From a virus (lineage: Duplodnaviria > Caudoviricetes), in IMG/VR virus record IMGVR_UViG_3300042291_001346, positions 1-61,166 of that record: 61,166 nt of DNA; one strand, 5' to 3'. The position numbers were made by a program, and so were the translations under genes. This document shows positions 26,802-37,548 of the stretch, one piece after another. Numbering within the stretch: the stretch's first letter is position 1; each line of letters begins with the position of its first letter. The notes beneath the pieces are model-generated. The model did not search any database, was not told the origin of the DNA, and was given only the letters and a program-made list of their open reading frames with translations.

Positions 26802-27320
26802 ATGGGAAACAAAATTACACAACCAAGAATTAGAAAGAACGTAGAGTTTGATTTAGAAACCTATGTAAATATCGAGACAGGAGAAATGTTAAGCTCGTCT
26901 CTAGGAAAAGATAAGTTATCTATAAGTGTAACAGAGAAAGGTGACTACGTAGTAATGTCTTCTGATGACTATGTAGTACTAGATAGTGCAACTGTAAGAT
27001 TCTTATCTAATGAACTATCCAGAGCTGAACTCAGTAACGTACTGATGATGGCCACTGATCTTAAGACTCCCCTGAACTTAGTATATAATGGACCTCAACC
27101 ACACAGCAATGAGTCACTACAATCTTTTCTAGGCTATTCTTCCAGAGATAAATTCTTTAAACTCCTTAAGAAACTTATGGAGCTTGGAGTACTTTATCAA
27201 ATAAAGGGAAAGATCTCAGGAGAACTTCGTGTAGTATATATGCTTAACCCTTACATAGCTCGTAAGCGTAAGACAATAGACAATACTGTCTTCAATGTAT
27301 TCCAGCCTTTTATAAAATAA
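26802..27320 (+). CDS. RepL-like winged-helix protein
   Basis: YVNIETGE, helix-turn-helix then LMELGVL..VYMLNPYIARK. Confidence 0.65.
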   Translation: MGNKITQPRIRKNVEFDLETYVNIETGEMLSSSLGKDKLSISVTEKGDYVVMSSDDYVVLDSATVRFLSNELSRAELSNVLMMATDLKTPLNLVYNGPQPHSNESLQSFLGYSSRDKFFKLLKKLMELGVLYQIKGKISGELRVVYMLNPYIARKRKTIDNTVFNVFQPFIK

Positions 27321-27364
27321 TTATAATAACTATAGAAATTTCTTTTGTTATTATAAATTATTTA

Positions 27365-27372
27365 TATATTTG
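27365..27372 (+). promoter_or_regulatory. Bacteroidota -7 promoter box
   Basis: TATATTTG-tccc-ATG. Confidence 0.6.
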
Positions 27373-27376
27373 TCCC

Positions 27377-27649
27377 ATGATATTAGTACATCTTGACGTC
27401 AGAGACAGTATATTGCTAAAGTGTAACGACAATAGCTTCCATGCCCTATATCATATTATGAAGCAGATGGACCTAGAGAATAACATCTGGTACGCTGATA
27501 AAATTAATAAGGGACATATCTGTTTTCAACTTCAGATATCTAATGTCACATTAGAGAAGATGATAGCTTCACTTAGAAAAAGAGATTTAATTATTAAACT
27601 CTCTCGTGGTAAGTACAAGCTATCTAATCATTTAATAGAAGACTACTGA
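27377..27649 (+). CDS. Winged-helix DNA-binding protein (RepL-related)
   Basis: LQISNVTLEKMIASLRKRDLIIKLSRGKYKL. Confidence 0.65.
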   Translation: MILVHLDVRDSILLKCNDNSFHALYHIMKQMDLENNIWYADKINKGHICFQLQISNVTLEKMIASLRKRDLIIKLSRGKYKLSNHLIEDY

Positions 27650-27867
27650 TGGAAATTGGAGAATTCACATCTACTTGTCTGAACAAGTTAATTAGACAGG
27701 AAAAACATATGAAGAGAAAGTTTGGATCTTATTGTAGACAGCACAGTAAGATCCTTTCTTCTCAGTATTTCCTGGGCGAAGAGAAACATATTTTAAAATT
27801 TACTTTAACAAAAAGACATGGGAACATCAGAGAAACTAGCAATAGCGAAGGAGATGCTTGCGACTAG
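27649..27867 (+). CDS. Hypothetical protein
   Basis: TGATG-coupled ORF. Confidence 0.5.
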   Translation: MEIGEFTSTCLNKLIRQEKHMKRKFGSYCRQHSKILSSQYFLGEEKHILKFTLTKRHGNIRETSNSEGDACD

Positions 27868-28237
27868 CTTTATGCTAGCAACAGAAAAATCAATGGCCCA
27901 AGGGCTTCAGTATGCATACAAATCTTATCCTGTAGATCAGGATAATGAAGACGGTACTTCTTATAAGGCATGGCATATGGATATCATTGTTAAAGAGTTG
28001 GGTTACGGAGAGAAAACTATTCAGCAACTAAGATTCTTAAGACCTAATAACATCGATGCTAAGAATATGGAGTATCATGTTATTGTTGAAACAATGGCTG
28101 CTATGACACAAGGAGCATTAACAATGTGGTATGAAGTAGGCAAAATGCTTGCAACTGATAAAGAACTTCAAAAAGAAATTAGAGATGATGCAACGAAAAG
28201 TGATTTCACTACCAACGAACCAGAGCAAAGTTTATAG
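27818..28237 (+). CDS. Hypothetical protein
   Basis: 139 aa ORF. Confidence 0.7.
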   Translation: MGTSEKLAIAKEMLATSFMLATEKSMAQGLQYAYKSYPVDQDNEDGTSYKAWHMDIIVKELGYGEKTIQQLRFLRPNNIDAKNMEYHVIVETMAAMTQGALTMWYEVGKMLATDKELQKEIRDDATKSDFTTNEPEQSL

Positions 28238-28745
28238 ACAGATACTTGCCTTCATGAACTTCATGCTTAATCTTACTCCACAAGAGCGAGATGTGTTAGC
28301 TGAACTTATTAAACTAGACAACGAATATGAAGCTTTGCCTGTTGAGAAACGGGCAAAGTTTATTTTGTCTACTGATATGCGTAAGGAAGTTAGAGAATAT
28401 CTTGCAATGGAAGAGAAGCAATTTAATGTTGTGATCTCAAGATTAAAGAAGAAGATGTTATTCAACAGACCCTTACTTGATGATAAAAATATTTTACATC
28501 CAGAGCTTAAGTATAAACCAGATAGCGAAGGATTTAAAATAGAAATCAACTTTGTAATGACTGCAGCGCCTACTCCTAGCCAACCTACGGTAACAGAAGA
28601 AGAGCCTAGTAACGAAGTAAGTAACCAAGAAAGTAACGAAGTAAGTGAGCAAGTAATTCCTGTAGAATATAAGCATGATGCTGCTAAGGCACCAGTAATT
28701 GAAGAGGAACAATTTGACTTTACTATATCCTCACCAGATGAGTAG
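28185..28745 (+). CDS. Hypothetical protein, possible wHTH with acidic tail
   Basis: LTPQERDVLAEL..FNVVISRLKKK; start moved to ATG 28185. Confidence 0.7.
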   Translation: MMQRKVISLPTNQSKVYRQILAFMNFMLNLTPQERDVLAELIKLDNEYEALPVEKRAKFILSTDMRKEVREYLAMEEKQFNVVISRLKKKMLFNRPLLDDKNILHPELKYKPDSEGFKIEINFVMTAAPTPSQPTVTEEEPSNEVSNQESNEVSEQVIPVEYKHDAAKAPVIEEEQFDFTISSPDE

Positions 28746-29031
28746 TAGACAGCAAGAAGTAATAGTAAAGTTAGCACGCCTCCATGGCATTACCATAGGC
28801 CAAGCTGAGGAGATATGGTCTTCTTTCGGCACTACTATTGCTACTCATATTAGCTCTGCTCAAAAGAATGATGAAGGGTATTTTATTGAAGACTCATTTC
28901 CTATCATTCACATAGAAAATTTTGGCAAATTTGTACCTAATAAACGTAGGATCAAGTACGCTAATCATTGCATAACATATAAAAAGAAACAAAATGAACA
29001 TAACACTTCCGATACTACACTTCAAGAATAG
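28738..29031 (+). CDS. HU/IHF-like DNA-binding protein
   Basis: VIVKLARLHGITIGQAEEI..IHIENFGKF; start at ATG 28738. Confidence 0.65.
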   Translation: MSSRQQEVIVKLARLHGITIGQAEEIWSSFGTTIATHISSAQKNDEGYFIEDSFPIIHIENFGKFVPNKRRIKYANHCITYKKKQNEHNTSDTTLQE

Positions 29032-29215
29032 TACTGCTTCTGTAAAAGATTTAGAAGTAACTTATGAACTTGAAGATTGTTCTGTTAAAAACGTAACATT
29101 CTATAGAGTAGATGCTATCTCACCATTTAAAGATAGTTACTCTACTATCTATGTAGGAGGACGAGAATTTATTTGTAGTTCTACTTACGGAGAACTGTGG
29201 GATAAACTAAAGTAA
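28994..29215 (+). CDS. Hypothetical protein
   Basis: 73 aa ORF. Confidence 0.65.
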   Translation: MNITLPILHFKNSTASVKDLEVTYELEDCSVKNVTFYRVDAISPFKDSYSTIYVGGREFICSSTYGELWDKLK

Positions 29216-29216
29216 G

Positions 29217-29738
29217 ATGAAGGCACAACATGATTATAGTTTCTGGGAGATTAATCCTGAGCTAATCGTAATAGAGGAGTTCTCTAAGTTTTACGAGCAG
29301 GATAAGAGTAAGCACAAAGCTGACAGCTCTAGAATTATGTGGGCTATTCACTACGGGTTTCATCCAGAGTCTAAGTTTTTCAATCTATCCAATAAGTTAG
29401 ACATTCTTGCTAAAGATTTTTTGAAGAATCCGAAGTTCAAGTGGAACAGTGTTCAGACCCTAATAGACATCTTTAAAAACTTAGTTCTTACTGATGTTGA
29501 AAAGGCACTGGTAAACTGGAACGAGATAATGACTATGCGTGATACTTCTCTTAAAGACATGTACATGGGAGCTATTAATAATAAAGACACAGACGAACTA
29601 GTTAAACTAGATAAGATGTTGTCTAATACTCCTAAGATGTTTGAAGACTATAAAAAAATCCGCAAAGATTACGACGAAGAAAAGATAACTAAGAAAGGCA
29701 AGCACATTGCCTCTCTATCAGATGCAGGAGAAATATGA
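29217..29738 (+). CDS. Conserved protein upstream of terminase (possible small terminase subunit)
   Basis: FYEQDKSKHK..MWAI; position. Confidence 0.55.
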   Translation: MKAQHDYSFWEINPELIVIEEFSKFYEQDKSKHKADSSRIMWAIHYGFHPESKFFNLSNKLDILAKDFLKNPKFKWNSVQTLIDIFKNLVLTDVEKALVNWNEIMTMRDTSLKDMYMGAINNKDTDELVKLDKMLSNTPKMFEDYKKIRKDYDEEKITKKGKHIASLSDAGEI

Positions 29739-29995
29739 CACCACAAGATATTTGGGAAAATAAAAAAGAGATACTTGCAGGTATTAAAAATACTATACGC
29801 AAGCAAGCTTATGTAGAAGAGATTGCTGGAGATAGACTAGCTATTTGTAATGCATGTCCTCATAAATCTACTGACTGTGCTGCATTAATTACAACATGCT
29901 GTTCAGTATGCGGATGCTCTCTTAATTTTAAAACAAGATCTTTACAATCATCATGCCCAGAAGGTAACTGGCCAGCTTTAGAAGAAAAGAAATGA
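29735..29995 (+). CDS. Cys-rich Zn-binding protein
   Basis: RLAICNACP..CSVCGC..KTR..CPEGNW. Confidence 0.75.
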   Translation: MTPQDIWENKKEILAGIKNTIRKQAYVEEIAGDRLAICNACPHKSTDCAALITTCCSVCGCSLNFKTRSLQSSCPEGNWPALEEKK

Positions 29996-32166
29996 TAATA
30001 GAAAATTCTAATTTTAGATTAAAAGAGATACCTAGATTTCATCCAGAGTTAGAGTACTATGAACGTGTTACATTTTGGAAAGATCAAAAGCGTAGATGTG
30101 TAGAAGGATATTGGGTATCTGGAAAATGGATGCCTGGGCCTTTGTACTATTACATTAACTTTCACAACATTCAGTTTGAGGATGATACGTCAGTAGCACA
30201 GGCTTTTGGTCTACCTTTCTTGCGTGACATTGACTGGGAGTTGTTCTTATTATACGAAGAGTGTAGAGGGTTCTCAGGATTTGCTGATGATAAGAAGTAT
30301 ACCTGTGATAGAAAGTACGGCCCTGAGTTAGACTTATCTATTAGATTAAACAGGATTACTGAAGCAGAAGCTAAAACTAGAGAGTACATTCCTGCTAGAG
30401 AATACTTAAGAAAAAACCATAGTAAATCCCTAGGCAAACCTTTATACAAAAACTCGGCAAAACATTTTATGTCGATCCAGGCCCGTGGTTCTGGTAAGTC
30501 TTATTCATCTGCAGGGATTGCCGCGCATAACTTTTTGTTTGATGGTGCTACTGACTACGATGATTACCTAGAGCGTAAGAAACTAAAACAATATACAGCA
30601 TCAGATACAATCATCGGTGCCATCGATACTAAGTATACGGAGCCATTGATGAAGAAGATTAGAACTGCCATGGAATTATTACCTGGAGGTTTTCAATTAG
30701 GAGACGAGTTATATCCTTCTCCTTTAGCTATTAACTTCTCAGGTTCACTAGCACCTAACAGAGATGCTACATCACTGACAGGATCAGTAATACGACATCG
30801 TACATTTAGAGATAACCCGCTAGCAGCCAATGGTACACGTCCTAACTTGTGTATCATTGATGAGGTAGGTTTCATGCATAACATCAAAGAGGCATGGGGA
30901 GCAATCGAAGCTACCCAAGCATCAAAGGCAAAAAAGAATCTAGTTATCTGGGCCCTGGGAACAGGAGGGCTTGTATCTGGTCGAGCAGCATTATATGCTG
31001 AAAGTATTTTTAGAAATCCTGACGACTACAACTGTATATCTTTTGACGATACTTATGAGCAACGAGGTTCAATAGGATACTTTGTGCCATACCGTCGAAC
31101 TCTAAATGAGTTTAAAAAAGGGCCTAACAAAGAGACTGATGAAGCTTTATCAAAATTATACATTGAGAATAAACGCGCGATAGCTAAGAAGTCTTCTGAC
31201 CCAACAGTATATCAGACAGAAATTATCAATGGCCCAGAGGTACCATCAGAAGCATTCTTGGTACTAGAGGGCGCTTTCTTTCCTACACTACTACTCAAAG
31301 AACAGCTTGCAGAAGTTGAAGGAGGTAAATACAAGAAGTATACTGAAGCTTCGTTTAGAGGCCACATATCTTTTAATGCTGCAAACGAGCCAGAGTTCTA
31401 CACTAACCAAGATGCTGAACCTATTCGTAAGTTCCCACTAAGTAAAAACGACGAGAAGAAAGGTTGCATAGAAGTGTGGATGAAGCCACAGAAGAATCCT
31501 GAAGGAGTTATTCCTCGTAATGTTTACATTGCAGGAATTGACGTTGTCGATAAAGATAAATCAACTACAGACTCATTGCCTTCAATAGTAGTAATGAACA
31601 GGCTTACTAGACAACTAGTAGCTGAATACACAGGACGTACAGGAGAAGCTAAAGATTTTTATGAGGTATGTAGAAAATTATTACTATATTACAACGCGAT
31701 AGGAATGTATGAGAAAAACCTTATCGGTCTATATAATTACTTTGATCAAAACAAATGTACTTATCTCTTAGCAGATACACCGTACCAGTTACGATCTAGC
31801 GATACTTACAAAGCAGGAACTAACACAGCTAAAGGTATCAATGCATCAGGAGCAGTAAATGCTGAAGCACGTAACATGATTAAATCATGGCTCCAAGAAA
31901 GAATCTCAGATAGAACAGAGACAAGAGTTTACGAGACTATCTATTCTCCAGCAATGCTAACAGAATTAGTAATGTGGAACCCTAGTGGAAACTTCGACAG
32001 GGTATCAGCGTTAGGTATGTTAATGTGGTTAGACTCTACTATGTATAAAGAGGTCACACAGAAAGCAGAACAAATAAAAACTTTTTTAGATGATCCTTAC
32101 TTTGCACAAATGGGTGTATTAAAAAAGAAGGTGACTGGAACTATAGATTCAAATTTTTATTCATAG
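29992..32166 (+). CDS. terL: Terminase large subunit
   Basis: ARGSGKS Walker A, IIDEVG Walker B, GTGG, IAGID nuclease motif, NFDRVSAL. Confidence 0.92.
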   Translation: MIIENSNFRLKEIPRFHPELEYYERVTFWKDQKRRCVEGYWVSGKWMPGPLYYYINFHNIQFEDDTSVAQAFGLPFLRDIDWELFLLYEECRGFSGFADDKKYTCDRKYGPELDLSIRLNRITEAEAKTREYIPAREYLRKNHSKSLGKPLYKNSAKHFMSIQARGSGKSYSSAGIAAHNFLFDGATDYDDYLERKKLKQYTASDTIIGAIDTKYTEPLMKKIRTAMELLPGGFQLGDELYPSPLAINFSGSLAPNRDATSLTGSVIRHRTFRDNPLAANGTRPNLCIIDEVGFMHNIKEAWGAIEATQASKAKKNLVIWALGTGGLVSGRAALYAESIFRNPDDYNCISFDDTYEQRGSIGYFVPYRRTLNEFKKGPNKETDEALSKLYIENKRAIAKKSSDPTVYQTEIINGPEVPSEAFLVLEGAFFPTLLLKEQLAEVEGGKYKKYTEASFRGHISFNAANEPEFYTNQDAEPIRKFPLSKNDEKKGCIEVWMKPQKNPEGVIPRNVYIAGIDVVDKDKSTTDSLPSIVVMNRLTRQLVAEYTGRTGEAKDFYEVCRKLLLYYNAIGMYEKNLIGLYNYFDQNKCTYLLADTPYQLRSSDTYKAGTNTAKGINASGAVNAEARNMIKSWLQERISDRTETRVYETIYSPAMLTELVMWNPSGNFDRVSALGMLMWLDSTMYKEVTQKAEQIKTFLDDPYFAQMGVLKKKVTGTIDSNFYS

Positions 32167-32171
32167 ATTTG
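32164..32171 (+). promoter_or_regulatory. Possible -7 promoter box before portal
   Basis: TAGATTTG 21 nt upstream of ATG 32193. Confidence 0.35.
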
Positions 32172-32192
32172 TGTTTTAAATAAAAAATCACT

Positions 32193-34634
32193 ATGAGCTC
32201 ACCTGTAAAGATGCAAGGCTACATTAGTTTCCCTAGACAGAAACTATCTGATAAGCAGAAAGATGATAATTGGTACAAGAAGAATATTGACTTCGCAGAA
32301 CACTTACTTACATCTGATGTAAACCTTCGCTCTAACTTTAAGAATAAGAAAGCTAACTATAATCTGAGAGCTAATATTATTAACTCTAAGGATTTTGAAA
32401 AATATATCAATCCTGATAACTTAGATATGGAATCACTTCCTGCAAGTTTTCAGCACGTAGGAATTGAGAATTCTAAAATTAATTTACTCTTAGGCGAATA
32501 CTCTCGCCGTAAAAAAGAATTTAAAGCATATATCTCTTCTAATGATTCAGAAGCAATCTCTCGTAAAGAGCAGGCGTTGATGGAGCAAATTAAAACAGAG
32601 GTTACTAGTATGATTACTAGTACATCTATCACTGAAGAAGAGATTCAAAAAAGATTACAAGCTTTAGAAAAATATAAGACATATGAATTCCAAGATATCG
32701 CTGAGATAGTATCTAATAAAATTCTTAAGAAAGAATATAAAGAAGGAGACTTTGATTTTACTTTCTTAAAAACTTTTGAAGATCTATTAGTTGGTGGTGA
32801 GGAAATTATGTATTGTGGCGTATTAGGAGGTGTTCCTGTAATGCGTCGTGTTAATCCAATGAACCTTTATACTATGGGAGGTAACTCTATGTATATTGAG
32901 GATGCGGATATTATTGTAGAGTACGGTTACAAATCTATTGGGCAAATTATAGATGATTACTGGGATACGTTATCGGCAGATGATGTTGACTTCTTAGAGC
33001 GCGGTAAAACAGATGCATCAGCAGGCGGCGGAGGTATAGGCCTTAACCGAGATATTTCTGTTTATGATTACTACGGCGAGCAAGGAGCACTATCTATTTT
33101 CCATCCCAATGAGATGGGAACTAGAACATTTGCAGGTGCATTTGATACATACGGAAACGTGCGTGTATTGAAAGTATGTTGGAGATCAAGACGTAAGATT
33201 GGAGAGTTAACTTATTTTGATGATGAAGGTCAAGAGCAAAAAGACTGGGTTCCAGAAGACTACAAACCTAAAAAAGAATTAGGAGAAACAGTAGAATGGA
33301 AATGGGTAAATGAATGGATGGAAGGTACAAAAATTGCTGACCATATCTACACACTTATGCGTCCAGTGCCTTATGCATCTAAATCATTAGTAAACAAATC
33401 TAAAGGCACTCCTCCATACGTAGGCTCCGTCAACTCCACCAACGATTACAAAGTCCAATCCCTTATGGACATTATGAAGCCTCTTGCATATTCTTATGAT
33501 ATCGCCTACTATAAAAGAGAGCTAGAAATCGCCACGTATAAGGGTGCCTTTACTGCTATCAACTCGTCGCTTATTCCGTCAGGTTGGGATCCTAAAGAAT
33601 GGATGAGATATGTAACTATCAACAAGTTTGCGTGGTTAGATCCTACAAATGAAATTTTAAAAGGCCCATCTCAAGGTAAATCTGCAGGAGCATTTAATAC
33701 ACTTACTGCTCAACAAATACAAATGGGAGATCCTAATGCTATTGGTATGTATACAAACTTACTATTAGACATTGAGACTACTCTAGGTAAATTAGCAGGA
33801 GTATCAGGAGCAAGAGAGGGAGAAATCAGCAACCGTGAAGCAGTACAAAATGTTGAGCGCGAGATGACTCAAAGTTCTAACATTACTGAGAAGTGGTTCG
33901 CTATCGATGCTAACTTCCGTAAGCGCGTACTTACTAAATTCTTAGAGTGCTGTAAATATGCATACAAAACAAATCCTAAAAAGGGTCAATACGTATTAGA
34001 CGATATGGGCCAGGAAGTAGTATCTAAATTCGACGAGTTTGTATCTACTGAGTATGACGTACACGTTTCTAACTCTACTAGTGATACACAATTGTACAAT
34101 GACCTAAGAGCACTTTCTCAAGCGGCTATTCAAAATGGTCAAGCAACTATTGCGGATCTTGTGGCTATCTCTCAATCAGAATCTGTACAAGAGATTGCTA
34201 AAAAACTTGAATCTTCTTCTAGAAAAATTAGAGAAGAAAATCAAGCAATGGAAGAGAAGAAAATGAAACAAGCGCAGCAGCAAGCACAGCTTGAGGCACA
34301 AGATAGACAAGCACAACGTGACTTCGAAATGAAGAAACATGATGATGAAATCGCAGTTAAACGCGAGCAGATTCAAGCTAACTTAGAATTAGGACACATC
34401 AAAGAAATGGGTAGTGAAGTAAGACATCAACGCGATAATAGTACGCGCGTAGATACTGATAAAAACGGTATCGATGATTTTTTAGATTTACGTCGCACAG
34501 ATATTGATGAGAACTATAAAAATGAACAAGTACGTTTAGAGGAGGAAAAGCTAGCAGAAACACAGCGAGCTAACATGGAAAGAGAAGCTATTCAGAGAGC
34601 AGCTCTTTCTAAGAAACCTACAAGCTCTAAATAA
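32193..34634 (+). CDS. Portal protein
   Basis: FPRQKL..W N-terminus, KINLLLGE, C-terminal coiled coil; follows terL as in crAss-like phages. Confidence 0.88.
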   Translation: MSSPVKMQGYISFPRQKLSDKQKDDNWYKKNIDFAEHLLTSDVNLRSNFKNKKANYNLRANIINSKDFEKYINPDNLDMESLPASFQHVGIENSKINLLLGEYSRRKKEFKAYISSNDSEAISRKEQALMEQIKTEVTSMITSTSITEEEIQKRLQALEKYKTYEFQDIAEIVSNKILKKEYKEGDFDFTFLKTFEDLLVGGEEIMYCGVLGGVPVMRRVNPMNLYTMGGNSMYIEDADIIVEYGYKSIGQIIDDYWDTLSADDVDFLERGKTDASAGGGGIGLNRDISVYDYYGEQGALSIFHPNEMGTRTFAGAFDTYGNVRVLKVCWRSRRKIGELTYFDDEGQEQKDWVPEDYKPKKELGETVEWKWVNEWMEGTKIADHIYTLMRPVPYASKSLVNKSKGTPPYVGSVNSTNDYKVQSLMDIMKPLAYSYDIAYYKRELEIATYKGAFTAINSSLIPSGWDPKEWMRYVTINKFAWLDPTNEILKGPSQGKSAGAFNTLTAQQIQMGDPNAIGMYTNLLLDIETTLGKLAGVSGAREGEISNREAVQNVEREMTQSSNITEKWFAIDANFRKRVLTKFLECCKYAYKTNPKKGQYVLDDMGQEVVSKFDEFVSTEYDVHVSNSTSDTQLYNDLRALSQAAIQNGQATIADLVAISQSESVQEIAKKLESSSRKIREENQAMEEKKMKQAQQQAQLEAQDRQAQRDFEMKKHDDEIAVKREQIQANLELGHIKEMGSEVRHQRDNSTRVDTDKNGIDDFLDLRRTDIDENYKNEQVRLEEEKLAETQRANMEREAIQRAALSKKPTSSK

Positions 34635-34648
34635 AGCTATACGATTAT

Positions 34649-34680
34649 AGAGGGGTAAGTAAAAATTATTACTCCTCTTT
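34649..34680 (+). terminator. Hairpin after portal
   Basis: AGAGGGGTAA..TTACTCCTCT-TT. Confidence 0.55.
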
Positions 34681-34724
34681 ATAAAAATAATTTTAATATT
34701 GTAACCAATTAACGACAGCAAAAT

Positions 34725-35894
34725 ATGGCAGAATTAGGAAACGACTTATTTGATGGGCTTCAAATAATGTCACCCGAAGAGTTAAACTCAGCAGTTAGAG
34801 CTACTGAGGAAAACGATGAGGAAACAGAAACTACAGCAGCGTCAGAGTTTACACTCGAACCAGTAGAAACTGAAAAAGGAGAAGGAGCATACGAAAACAA
34901 AACACCTGCGACAAAGGTCACAGAAGAAAAAATAGATACTTCAGCAGCTAAAAGTGAAGCAGTGTACAAGGCCTTAATGAAGGAATTAGTTACATCTGGA
35001 ATCTTGACCTCAGCAGAAGTAGAACAATTAGATGAGTTACCAGGTACTCTTGATACTATCAAAGACTTGATGACCAAAACAGTAGAGACAAACTTTAAAA
35101 CCAAAGAAGAAAATTGGAAAAGAAGTTTGCCTTCAGAAAAGAAACGTTTTCTTGAGATAGAAGATGCGTTTGATGAAACAGACCAAGCGATCCTAATGGC
35201 GCAACGTCTAGAGTTCTTTGAAAATGTTAATGCAGAGCAAATTAAAAATGATGTTAATTTGCAAAAGCAGATTTACTTTGAGCAATTAAAGTCAAAAAAC
35301 TTTAGTGATGAAGATGCGTTAGAAGCTATTGCAGATGCAGAAGCAGTAAACAAACTTCAAGACAAAGCTTTTAAAGCAATTCCTGAATTAAAGTCACAAG
35401 CTAACCAGGTAATCCAATATGGAAGATCTGCTAAAGAAGCTAAGACTAAGGCAGAGCAAGAAGCACAGTCTAAAATGTTTGACAGTTTAGTATCTAACAT
35501 CGATAGCAGAGATGCATTCATCGATGGTTTAAATCTAAACAAAGTTGCCAAAGATAAATTAAAACAAAACATTATGACTCCTGTCTACAAAGATCCAAAG
35601 ACAGGTTCAGAGTTAAATAGTTTGATGTACAAACAACAAAGAAACCCAGTAGAGTTTGAAATGTTGATCAACTATTACGACACAATTGGATTATTTAATT
35701 TAGATAAAGAAGGTAAATTTAAACCAGACATTACTAAATTAAAAACAGTAGCTAAGACAGCAGCAATCAACGAACTTGATAAAGTGATTGCCGCAGAAGA
35801 GCAGAGAGGTGTAGGCCGAAATACTTCAGTCGAAACGTCTCAAAAAACAGAAGGCCTTCTCAATATGCTCGAAAGTGCATTTGCTAAGAAATAA
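34725..35894 (+). CDS. Putative scaffold / capsid assembly protein
   Basis: Acidic and helical; lies between portal and MCP. Confidence 0.65.
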   Translation: MAELGNDLFDGLQIMSPEELNSAVRATEENDEETETTAASEFTLEPVETEKGEGAYENKTPATKVTEEKIDTSAAKSEAVYKALMKELVTSGILTSAEVEQLDELPGTLDTIKDLMTKTVETNFKTKEENWKRSLPSEKKRFLEIEDAFDETDQAILMAQRLEFFENVNAEQIKNDVNLQKQIYFEQLKSKNFSDEDALEAIADAEAVNKLQDKAFKAIPELKSQANQVIQYGRSAKEAKTKAEQEAQSKMFDSLVSNIDSRDAFIDGLNLNKVAKDKLKQNIMTPVYKDPKTGSELNSLMYKQQRNPVEFEMLINYYDTIGLFNLDKEGKFKPDITKLKTVAKTAAINELDKVIAAEEQRGVGRNTSVETSQKTEGLLNMLESAFAKK

Positions 35895-35938
35895 AAATAA
35901 TTAATATATTCCGTCTAACAATTTAATACAAACAAACA

Positions 35939-37450
35939 ATGGCTCAATTACTTCCATTACAACGGTATGAGGCTAAAGACTACAATGGTTTGGTTACTGA
36001 TAACCACTTCCATTCTTTGTACCAACAAAAACCACAGTTGATTAGCAACGTGATCAAAGAGATCTACAAAACTAATCTTCAAGGTAAATTACGTGAATTC
36101 GTTGATCGCTTCCCAGTAAAAGAAGTTGAACAAGAAAACGGATTCTACAACTGGATGTTGCAAGGTCAACATGACAAAAACTTGCCTCTAGTTGATGCAG
36201 AAACTATCTCAGGAGCATCTATCTCTGCAGGGACATTCCCAGCAAACGTAGGAGCAAACGGTGAGCGTTTCTACTTAATCTTTGACGAGCCTTTATTCGA
36301 AGAAACTAACGTTCTTCGTGGAGAAGTTGATGACTACCATTTATTGGTTAAGAAATCAATGGATGCAGGTTCTCGTTACAAATTTGAAGTTGAATTAGTA
36401 ACTGACAATGCTAACAAAACTATTCCTTCTGAGGAATTAGCTATCGGTACTCGTTGGTCTAAATTCTACTCATTGTCCCCTTCAACGTTGTCTTACCAAG
36501 GTGCTAAACCTTATTTCACTTCTCCTTGGAGAATGGAAAACCGTCCTTCTACACTTCGTATGGAGTATGAAGTAGCAGGTAACACAATCAACAAAGGTAA
36601 AAATGAGCCTTTAGAGTTTGGTTTCAATTACAAAGGTCAACAAGAGTCTATCTGGATTAACTACCAAGATTTAGTAGCTCACCACCAATGTGAAGAAATG
36701 TTCGCTCGTATGTTGATGTACGGTAAGAAAAACTGGACAGCTGATCACAAGTACTTGAACAAAGATGACAAAACTAAATATGCAGTTGAGTCAGGTGCAG
36801 GTTTCTTTGATCAAATCGCTCCATCAAACGTACACTACTACAATACTTATGACTTAGATTGGCATTTAGAGTTGTTGTTAGATATGGGAGTTGGTAAAAT
36901 TGAGCGTGGAAAACGTACTATCCACTTGTTAACAGGTGAGTTTGGTGCAATTGAAATCTCTAAACAAATCAACGCTAAATCTGGAAGCGGTAAGTTTACA
37001 GTTATCTCTGACAAATTCTTAACGTCAAACACTAACCCAGGAAACTTAGGTGGTAAAAACACTAAAGGTTTAATGGAGCCACAGTGGAACGTGTACGAAT
37101 GGTACAACGGAGTAGTTATCATGGTTGAGATCGTAGATTTCTTTGATGATGATGTATACTTCCCACAACGTCACCCAGATGGAAAAGGTATCGTAGAATC
37201 TCACCGTATCCTTGCTTTGGATTATGGAGATAATGCTGGTATCTACCGTGTTAAACCAAAAGGAGTTCCAGATTACAACTGGGCATATATCCCAGGTATG
37301 AGAGATCCATTCTCTCCTGCAGGAAAAGGTTCACCGAAAATGGTTGCATCACGTGTTGACGGTTATGAAGTACATTTCCAGAAATGGGGAGGTATGATGA
37401 TCGAAGATCCAACTAAAGTAGTTGACTTGCGTTTGGCAGTAGAAAGATAA
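35939..37450 (+). CDS. Major capsid protein
   Basis: 503 aa, strongly biased codons, GAGFFDQI, TGEFG, YIPGMRDP, SRVDGY; position. Confidence 0.88.
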   Translation: MAQLLPLQRYEAKDYNGLVTDNHFHSLYQQKPQLISNVIKEIYKTNLQGKLREFVDRFPVKEVEQENGFYNWMLQGQHDKNLPLVDAETISGASISAGTFPANVGANGERFYLIFDEPLFEETNVLRGEVDDYHLLVKKSMDAGSRYKFEVELVTDNANKTIPSEELAIGTRWSKFYSLSPSTLSYQGAKPYFTSPWRMENRPSTLRMEYEVAGNTINKGKNEPLEFGFNYKGQQESIWINYQDLVAHHQCEEMFARMLMYGKKNWTADHKYLNKDDKTKYAVESGAGFFDQIAPSNVHYYNTYDLDWHLELLLDMGVGKIERGKRTIHLLTGEFGAIEISKQINAKSGSGKFTVISDKFLTSNTNPGNLGGKNTKGLMEPQWNVYEWYNGVVIMVEIVDFFDDDVYFPQRHPDGKGIVESHRILALDYGDNAGIYRVKPKGVPDYNWAYIPGMRDPFSPAGKGSPKMVASRVDGYEVHFQKWGGMMIEDPTKVVDLRLAVER

Positions 37451-37470
37451 TCTACTGATCATATAAAATA

Positions 37471-37514
37471 AAAGGACCCTCCCCTGGGAGTTGAACGCCT
37501 CAGGGGACCCTTTT
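37471..37514 (+). terminator. Terminator after MCP
   Basis: CCCCTGGG..CTCAGGGG stem followed by cccTTTT. Confidence 0.65.
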
Positions 37515-37548
37515 ATAATGAGAGAATTAATTTTAAGACAGCAAAAAA

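Noticed and set aside
28608-28646. AGTAACGAAGTAAGT direct repeat
   Set aside because: In-frame duplication (SNEVS) in a low-complexity linker
16609-32166. Inteins or self-splicing introns in dnaB, polA or terL
   Set aside because: Genes are uninterrupted and of normal length, with no intein-type junction motifs seen
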